A stretch of DNA of 64,000 nt, from positions 256,001-320,000 of the forward strand of contig CAWEEQ010000004.1 of the NCBI GenBank assembly GCA_963808235.1, in the 5' to 3' direction. The notes below the pieces were generated by a model, which ran no database searches, was not told the origin of the DNA, and saw only the letters and a program-made list of their open reading frames with translations. The first letter of the stretch is position 1, and every line of letters begins with the position of its first letter. Shown in pieces: positions 58,015-64,000 of the stretch. This DNA is from an uncultured delta proteobacterium. GTDB lineage: Bacteria; Desulfobacterota; Binatia; Binatales; Binataceae. A program made the position numbers and the translations under genes.

Positions 58015-58598
58015 GACTGTGCCTCTCCACTGGCGTTGCCGTATTTTCGCCGCATCAGGGTGAGCACGTCGTCGATGCTCATCCGGGAAAGGAGATCGTT
58101 CAGCTGGCTGCCCAGGTTCGCGGTCAGACTCACGTCTTCGACCGTGATCGCAGTCGCCATCCAGGTGTCGCCCGCGGGCTTCAGCCGATAGGTAACGTCG
58201 AACTGATCGCGTGGCGTGACGATTTTGGTGTCGACGACTGCGCCCGCGCCGGTGGATTGCTCGCCCGCATAAACGAAGTTTGGATTCTCGAACAGCAAAA
58301 GTTTTTGCACATAGGTCCGCTGGAGAAGTTCGCGGAACAGGCCGAGGAACTCCTTCTGCTGCTCGGGCGTGAAGCTTGACCAATGCGGCCCGAGCGCCTC
58401 TCGACCCATCGCGTCGGTGTCGAGAAATTTGCTGAACAGGGTGGAAAGGGCGGCCAGCTTTTCATTGTGAGTCTGACTGCTCGCGACGATTGTGCGCGCC
58501 TGCTCTAAAGTCGCGCGCGTGTAATCAAGCGGGCTCGCAGCCTGAGCCGGAGCGACCACGAGGAGCCAGACCGTCAGCACGATGGATAGAATGCGCAT
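58011..58598 (-). CDS. MlaC/Ttg2D-family periplasmic lipid-binding protein
   Basis: Signal peptide ending AQA; D..AMGREALGPHW..FTPEQQKEF..LF..LL..TY, VEDVSL. Confidence 0.85.
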   Translation of the reverse strand: MRILSIVLTVWLLVVAPAQAASPLDYTRATLEQARTIVASSQTHNEKLAALSTLFSKFLDTDAMGREALGPHWSSFTPEQQKEFLGLFRELLQRTYVQKLLLFENPNFVYAGEQSTGAGAVVDTKIVTPRDQFDVTYRLKPAGDTWMATAITVEDVSLTANLGSQLNDLLSRMSIDDVLTLMRRKYGNASGEAQS

Positions 58599-59518
58599 CA
58601 ATCGCGAAGCTCCATTCCGGTCAGATGGAGAAAGAGATTTTCGAGGCTTAGCGGCGCAATCTTGAGCCGCACATTTTTATCGGAACGACTGATGATCTTC
58701 TGAAGCGGCCAGAGGAAATCAGCGGCGCGTTTTACGTAGAGCCGAACGACTCCGTCGCCGCGCTCGATGCGGCTGACTCCTCGCAGCGCCTGCATCCCGC
58801 CAAGATCGATCCCCGCCGGCAGCCCGCGCACCTCGATGATCTCCGCGAACTCGAGACCGCTCAGCAGCTCGTCGAGAGTGCCCACCGCCACGAGCTTCCC
58901 CTCGCTCAGGATTCCCAGGCGGTCGCACAGTCTTTCCGCCTCTTCCATGTAGTGCGTGGTGTAGAGGATAGCGTTGCCGTCATCGCGCAGGCCGCCAATG
59001 ATTTTCAGGATTTGCTCGCGCGATTGCGGGTCGACGCCCGCAGTCGGCTCATCGAGCAGGATGAGTTTCGGCCGATGTACGAGTGAAACAGCAAGATTCA
59101 GACGGCGCTTCATGCCGCCGGAGAATATGCCGACCTGATTGTTGCGATGCGCTTCCAAGCCCACCATCGCCAGCAACTCGTCGATGCGCTCGCGTAGCTC
59201 GGGCTGCTTCACTCCATAAATGTTCCCGAAAAATTGCAGGTTCTCCGCCGCGGTAAGCGCTGGGTAAAGCGATACTTCCTGCGGCGCGAGACCGATCATT
59301 TGGCGAACTGCATAGGGCTCCTTGCGCGCACTATGGCCGAACAGCGTCGCGTCTCCGCCGGAGGGTTGCCGCTGCGTCGCGAGCATCGCAATCGTCGTGG
59401 TCTTGCCCGCTCCGTTTGGACCCAGCAGACCGAAAATCTCTCCTTCGTGGATCTCGAAATCCAATCCGCTGACAGCGGCGGTCGTGCCGTAACGCTTGGT
59501 CAGGCCGGCGACGCGCAA
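58598..59518 (-). CDS. ABC-2 exporter ATP-binding protein
   Basis: GPNGAGKT, FSGGMKRR, LDEPTAG; start uncertain (TTG 59518 preceded by AAGGT; the ORF is open to 59695). Confidence 0.9.
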   Translation of the reverse strand: MRVAGLTKRYGTTAAVSGLDFEIHEGEIFGLLGPNGAGKTTTIAMLATQRQPSGGDATLFGHSARKEPYAVRQMIGLAPQEVSLYPALTAAENLQFFGNIYGVKQPELRERIDELLAMVGLEAHRNNQVGIFSGGMKRRLNLAVSLVHRPKLILLDEPTAGVDPQSREQILKIIGGLRDDGNAILYTTHYMEEAERLCDRLGILSEGKLVAVGTLDELLSGLEFAEIIEVRGLPAGIDLGGMQALRGVSRIERGDGVVRLYVKRAADFLWPLQKIISRSDKNVRLKIAPLSLENLFLHLTGMELRD

Positions 59519-59618
59519 CGCGACCTTTTTGTCCGTTGGTTCAGGCTGGAAAAACGGAGCAGCATCGGGATTTATTCTGCGCAAATTGTTGCGCAATGCA
59601 GCGTTCGCTGGATTGATT

Positions 59619-59706
59619 CGCATTTTGTTTGCCGGCTCGCAAAGATTGCGGCTTCGCCCACGGTTGTTTCGGAGGCGTGAATTGTCGTCGCACAATCCTG
59701 TGCGAC
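59619..59706 (-). promoter_or_regulatory. Putative sigma54 -24/-12 promoter plus upstream palindromic activator site
   Basis: Minus strand cGGCAaacaaaaTGCg (GG-N10-GC) at 59634-59619; perfect inverted repeat GTCGCACA-N4-TGTGCGAC at 59687-59706. Confidence 0.5.
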
Positions 59707-59881
59707 CGAAATCGCTCTCGCGTTTCGTGCTCCATATCGAAGACTATTGGTGCTTCGGCTAAACCATGGCTCGGTTTCGATAGCTACCGCTCGTTATGCG
59801 GCTGCTCAGTCCTCGCACCGAGGCAATCGAATTATTGCAAATCCGTAGGTTCTGCAGATTCAGATCGGCATACTGACTTTC

Positions 59882-60658
59882 TCAATCCTTCGCGAGTACG
59901 ACCCAGGTGGGCGCATGATCGCTCGCCTTTTCCCATCCCCGGACGTCGCGGTCGACGCCGGCGCTCACCAGACGTCTGGCGGCGGAAGGATTGAGCAGCA
60001 AATGATCGATGCGCAATCCGGCATCTCGCGCAAAGTTGTTTCTGAAGTAATCCCAGAACGTGTAGATCCGCTCGTCCGGATGAAGTTTGCGGAGCGCATC
60101 GGTCCAGCCGGGCGCGACCAGACGCGCGAACGCATCGCGCGTTTCCGGCCGGAACAGGGCGTCTTTGACCCAGCGTTCCGGTTTGTACACATCAAGCTCA
60201 GTCGGGATGACGTTATAGTCGCCGGCGAGGACGACTGGGGTGTTGGCGGCGAGGAGACTTTCGGAATGTTGGATCAGGCGCTCAAGCCACCGGAGTTTGT
60301 AGTCGAACTTGGGACCAGGCGCCGGGTTTCCGTTAGGAAGATAAAGGCATCCGACCAATACGCCGTCGACCAGCCCCTCGAGGTAGCGGCTGTGGATGTC
60401 ATCCGGATCGCCCGGCAATGCTCGACGATGCTCGACGGGATCCATGCCCCGCGCGAGAATGGCGACGCCGTTCCAGCTTTTCTGGCCATGCCAGATGACG
60501 CCATAGCCAGCCGCGCGTATTTCAGCTTCGGGAAAGTTCTCCTGCGGCGCTTTCAGTTCCTGAAGACACGCGACATCGGGCTGGTACTCGGCAAGCCAGC
60601 GGATGAGCGCGGGCAGCCGGGCACCGATACCGTTGACGTTGTAGGTTGCGATCTTCAC
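59882..60658 (-). CDS. xth: Exodeoxyribonuclease III
   Basis: ATYNVNG, LQELK, YLPNG, GDYN, RIDH, SDHAP. Confidence 0.95.
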   Translation of the reverse strand: MKIATYNVNGIGARLPALIRWLAEYQPDVACLQELKAPQENFPEAEIRAAGYGVIWHGQKSWNGVAILARGMDPVEHRRALPGDPDDIHSRYLEGLVDGVLVGCLYLPNGNPAPGPKFDYKLRWLERLIQHSESLLAANTPVVLAGDYNVIPTELDVYKPERWVKDALFRPETRDAFARLVAPGWTDALRKLHPDERIYTFWDYFRNNFARDAGLRIDHLLLNPSAARRLVSAGVDRDVRGWEKASDHAPTWVVLAKD

Positions 60659-60782
60659 AAACTCAGGATTCGGCGCGCTCCTCTTTCAGCATAGATGCAA
60701 CCGCTTCGTCGACGCGGGTGCCCCTGAAGAAATCTGTAGTCACATCGATCTTGGCGCGCAACGGATAGAGACGCTCGCTGGG

Positions 60783-61190
60783 TCAGCGCTCCGAGACACA
60801 GATCAGAAGTTGACCCTCGAGGCCGGCAGCTCGATGCACTCCGATCTCCGCGACCTCGGGCGAGGTTGCGATCTTCACGAACGCCGCCGCCGAGGGATAT
60901 CGAACCAGCGCCGCGATGTCCCAGGGGCTCTCCACTTCGCCGATCGCGAGATGCTTGACGTCGCCGGCAAAGAGAAATTTCCCACCCTCGCGCTCCACCA
61001 CCTTGCGCATCGCATCGGCATAGATTCCATAAGCTTGCGCTCCGCTGAGATCGGCCTTGCGCCCATCCGGATACTGCGCCCGGGCGCGAAATCTGAGCAG
61101 GTTGAGCATCACGATCGGCTTGGGCGAGGGATCGTTTCGGAGCGCCTCGATCTGTTCGCTCACTGGATACAATGCGTTTTCAACTTTCAT
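60783..61190 (-). CDS. DUF1330-family protein
   Basis: PIVMLNLLRF, WD...V.YPS..AF, HRAAGLEGQ. Confidence 0.8.
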   Translation of the reverse strand: MKVENALYPVSEQIEALRNDPSPKPIVMLNLLRFRARAQYPDGRKADLSGAQAYGIYADAMRKVVEREGGKFLFAGDVKHLAIGEVESPWDIAALVRYPSAAAFVKIATSPEVAEIGVHRAAGLEGQLLICVSER

Positions 61191-61211
61191 CTTTCGATAT
61201 CCTCCTACGCA

Positions 61212-62873
61212 TCAGTTCGACCAGAACACGTAATCGTCGTTGTCGCTCTCCGGGTAAGACAGCGGATGGTCGATAGCGATCGGGCCTTCGAGCAACGACG
61301 GCCATAGCGGCTTGGCCTGCTGACCGTCGATCTGATCGAGCACTTCGATCAGCTCCTTCACTTTCTGCGGATTGGCTTCCGCCAGATCGTGATGCTCGGT
61401 GGGATCGTCCTTAAGATTGAACAGCCATTTCTTGTTCGGCTTGTCGGCGACCTGCAGCTTCCATTCGCCGTCGAGGATCGTCTTGTACGGACCCGAGCGC
61501 CAGAAAAGCGTGCGATGAGGCGTGCCGGCCGCGCCACCTTCGACATAAGGCAGCACGTTCACGCTATCCATCACGCGATCGGACGGCACCGTCGCGCCGG
61601 CCGCTCCCGCCGCGGTTGAAAACATGTCGACGTGAGCGACGGGAAGGGCGAAAGTCGTTCCCGCGCGGATTTTTGCCGGCCATTTCATGAAGAAGGGAAC
61701 GTGAATTCCGCCTTCGAAAAAGGTCGCCTTCCATCCCCGATACGGACGATTGATATCCGGCAGCCCGATGTAGTTCGCGCCGCCGTTATCGCTCGTGAAG
61801 AACACCAGCGTGTTGTTCTCGAGCCCATCCTTTCGAAGCGCCTCGAGCACGTGACTAACGTTGCGATCGAGCGCGCGGACCATCGCGCCATATACTCGCA
61901 GCCTGTGATCCTTGATCTGCGGCAGCGCGTCGTAGTCCGATTTGAGCGCCTGCAGCGGTGTGTGCGGTGCATTGAACGCCAGGTACATGAAGAACGGACG
62001 GTTGCGGTTCGCATCGATCGCCTTCACCGCCTCGTCGCCCAGGTAGTCAGTCATGTATTCCGTGGGATAGAACCGCCGGCTTCCGTTCCTGACCACCGCA
62101 AATGACAGATTCGCCCATAGAAATTTGTCGATCGGATCGAAGTCCTGGTACGAGTTTTCCGCGCGCGGATCGTTCTTGCGCAGATACATCGACGCGCCCG
62201 CCATAAAGCCCAGCGACTCATCGAAGCCGCGCGCATTCGGCGCCGCCTGCGGCGTTTCGCCCAGATGCCACTTGCCGAGAAAGATTGTGTGATAGCCGCG
62301 CGTCTTCAATAACTGCGCCATCGTGATTTCGCTGCTCGGGACCGCCTGCTCGGCAACCGGCGGCACCTGGCTCACGCGTTCGGAATGAAAGATGGCTTTG
62401 TGGCGGCCCTGATAGTAGGTCGAGACTAATTTCATGAACGCGACTGGGGCCGGGGTGAACTCGAAACCAAAGCGCGTCGCGTAGCGCCCGGTCATGATCG
62501 CCGCGCGCGACGGCGCGCAGGTCGCGTTGCCGGCATAGCCGTTGCTGAAAACCACGCCCTCTTGCGCGATCGAATTTATATTCGGCGTGGGTACCGCGCC
62601 TCCCGCTACGCCTCCGCCGTTAAGCGTGATGTCGTTGTAGCCCAGGTCGTCGGCAAGGATCAGTACGATGTTGGGCGGACGCTGCTCGGCGGGCGCCGCC
62701 GGATTCGCCGGGCCCTCCTGCCACTCGACGGCGCGGTTGGGCTGGATCGGATCGCGGATGCTCTGCAAAAGGCCGGGGAGGTAGTACCAGTATTTCGCGA
62801 ACAGAAAGAGGCCGATCGCGAGCACCGCGACCGTCGAGCCGATCACAATTTTGCCGGTTCTGCCGATCTTCAT
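61212..62873 (-). CDS. Cys-type sulfatase, membrane anchored
   Basis: ADDLG, CAPSRAAIMTG, GKWHLG, SDNG; AGGAG SD before ATG 62873. Confidence 0.93.
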   Translation of the reverse strand: MKIGRTGKIVIGSTVAVLAIGLFLFAKYWYYLPGLLQSIRDPIQPNRAVEWQEGPANPAAPAEQRPPNIVLILADDLGYNDITLNGGGVAGGAVPTPNINSIAQEGVVFSNGYAGNATCAPSRAAIMTGRYATRFGFEFTPAPVAFMKLVSTYYQGRHKAIFHSERVSQVPPVAEQAVPSSEITMAQLLKTRGYHTIFLGKWHLGETPQAAPNARGFDESLGFMAGASMYLRKNDPRAENSYQDFDPIDKFLWANLSFAVVRNGSRRFYPTEYMTDYLGDEAVKAIDANRNRPFFMYLAFNAPHTPLQALKSDYDALPQIKDHRLRVYGAMVRALDRNVSHVLEALRKDGLENNTLVFFTSDNGGANYIGLPDINRPYRGWKATFFEGGIHVPFFMKWPAKIRAGTTFALPVAHVDMFSTAAGAAGATVPSDRVMDSVNVLPYVEGGAAGTPHRTLFWRSGPYKTILDGEWKLQVADKPNKKWLFNLKDDPTEHHDLAEANPQKVKELIEVLDQIDGQQAKPLWPSLLEGPIAIDHPLSYPESDNDDYVFWSN

Positions 62874-62927
62874 CGAACTCCTTCCGCGATCCCGCCTGGT
62901 TGCAGACTTTCCAAACGACGGAGAATA

Positions 62928-62944
62928 TGGCAACTATAGTGTCA
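62928..62944. promoter_or_regulatory. Putative TetR operator
   Basis: TGGCA-N7-TGTCA containing the ACTATAGT palindrome, in the divergent sulfatase/TetR gap. Confidence 0.4.
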
Positions 62945-62978
62945 ATTGATTGCCGGAAGCAATCGATGCCCGATTCTC

Positions 62979-63572
62979 ATGCCAATCAATCTCTCCACTC
63001 ACCAGCAACTCGACGGCCGCCGTCAGCGCAGCGAAACCAGCCGCAAGCGGATCGTGCGTGCGATGCTCGAATTGATCGGCGCGGGCAATGTCTCCCCGGG
63101 CGCGGAAAACGTAGCCGCGCGTGCGGGATTGGGACTGCGCACCGTCTTCCGCCACTTCGAGAACATGGAGACGCTCTACTATCAAATCAACGCCGCGATG
63201 ACCGCCGAACTTCGGCCCGTAATGGCGCAGCCGTTCACGAGCCCGGACTGGCGCGGACAGCTCGGCGAGATGGTCGAGCGCCGCGTCCGCATCTTCGAAC
63301 GAATCATGCCCTTCAAAATCGCCGCCGAGGTCCATCGCCATCAGTCGCCGTTTCTGGCCCGCAAGGCGCAAGAGTTGACGCGCGAACAGCGTGCGGCGCT
63401 GGTCCGCGCTGTTCCGGCCGACATTCGATCGGACGATGCCTTCTTCGAAGCTCTCGACTTGCTGCTGAGCTTCGAAACCTGGCGGCGGCTCAGAAAAGAT
63501 CAGAAATTATCCGCGGCCCGCGCGCGCCAAACACTCGATTTCTTGCTCGATATGCTGATCAGGGACCGGTAG
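62979..63572 (+). CDS. TetR/AcrR family regulator
   Basis: DGRRQRS..SR.RI, VAARAGLGLRTVFRHF HTH. Confidence 0.9.
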   Translation: MPINLSTHQQLDGRRQRSETSRKRIVRAMLELIGAGNVSPGAENVAARAGLGLRTVFRHFENMETLYYQINAAMTAELRPVMAQPFTSPDWRGQLGEMVERRVRIFERIMPFKIAAEVHRHQSPFLARKAQELTREQRAALVRAVPADIRSDDAFFEALDLLLSFETWRRLRKDQKLSAARARQTLDFLLDMLIRDR

Positions 63573-63590
63573 GGGAGGGGGCTGATCCGG

Positions 63591-64000
63591 ATGTCACGAC
63601 TTTTCCGAAGACTCATTCTCGCTGCTGTCGCCGTTGCGGCGCTGGCCACCACTGCCTGGTGGCTGATCCATATGCCCGCGGTGCAGGATGCGCTGCTCCG
63701 TCGCGCGATCGAGCACAACTTCGATGCGGCTCGCAACGACCTGCTCGCGCCCGATTCGATGCGCGTGCTCTTGTGCGGCACCGGGAATCCGCTGCCCGAT
63801 CGCAATCGCGCCAATGCGTGCACGGCAATCTTCGCGGGCGGCAACTTCTACCTGGTGGACACTGGGCCCGGCGCGTGGAAGAACCTCTCGCTGTGGCACA
63901 TTCCCCCAGCGCGCCTCGCCGCCGTGATGCTCACGCATTTTCATTCCGATCACATCGGCGATCTCGGCGAAGTTAACATGCAGACGTGGGGACAGGGACG
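63591..64000 (+). CDS. MBL-fold hydrolase (RNase Z/AtsA-like), runs off the window
   Basis: Read from the sequence: TM, LCGTGNPLP, VDTG, THFHSDH. Confidence 0.85.
   Translation, partial: MSRLFRRLILAAVAVAALATTAWWLIHMPAVQDALLRRAIEHNFDAARNDLLAPDSMRVLLCGTGNPLPDRNRANACTAIFAGGNFYLVDTGPGAWKNLSLWHIPPARLAAVMLTHFHSDHIGDLGEVNMQTWGQG

Overview
A GC-rich bacterial chromosome segment. The gene content and style suggest a soil Deltaproteobacteria-like lineage such as Ca. Binatota, but this is inference only. The first ~33.8 kb is mostly housekeeping and metabolic: MlaC, peptide deformylase, a GldA/F/G-like ABC operon, a cobalt-type nitrile hydratase operon, tRNA-Met, meaB, ispE-tRNA-Gln-prs-rplY-dnaE-hflX, tadA and CoA transferases. 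Small accessory inserts here include a full-length ANT(4')/KNTase homologue and a PRTase + SLOG gene pair. After tRNA-Ser(CGA) comes a patchwork accessory region: GT8, Gfo/Idh/MocA, a zinc-ribbon-GT9 fusion, an MFS transporter, a molybdopterin oxidoreductase, a truncated poxB, sdhCAB, pbpC with alpha-2-macroglobulin, an Erm-like methyltransferase, an ABC-2/MlaC/MlaA operon, xth and a sulfatase/TetR/MBL cluster. No integrase, transposase, CRISPR array or rRNA was seen. Best leads: (1) a coupled PRTase + YspA-like SLOG pair, a candidate defence or toxin-antitoxin module; (2) a fully coupled ABC-2 exporter + MlaC + MlaA operon behind a putative sigma54 promoter and enhancer; (3) a structured ~220-nt AAGG-repeat RNA upstream of tRNA-Gln; (4) hflX apparently starting at CTG; (5) a short Erm with an overlapping +X+ leader ORF. 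All family calls come from motif recognition by eye; no database searches were run.
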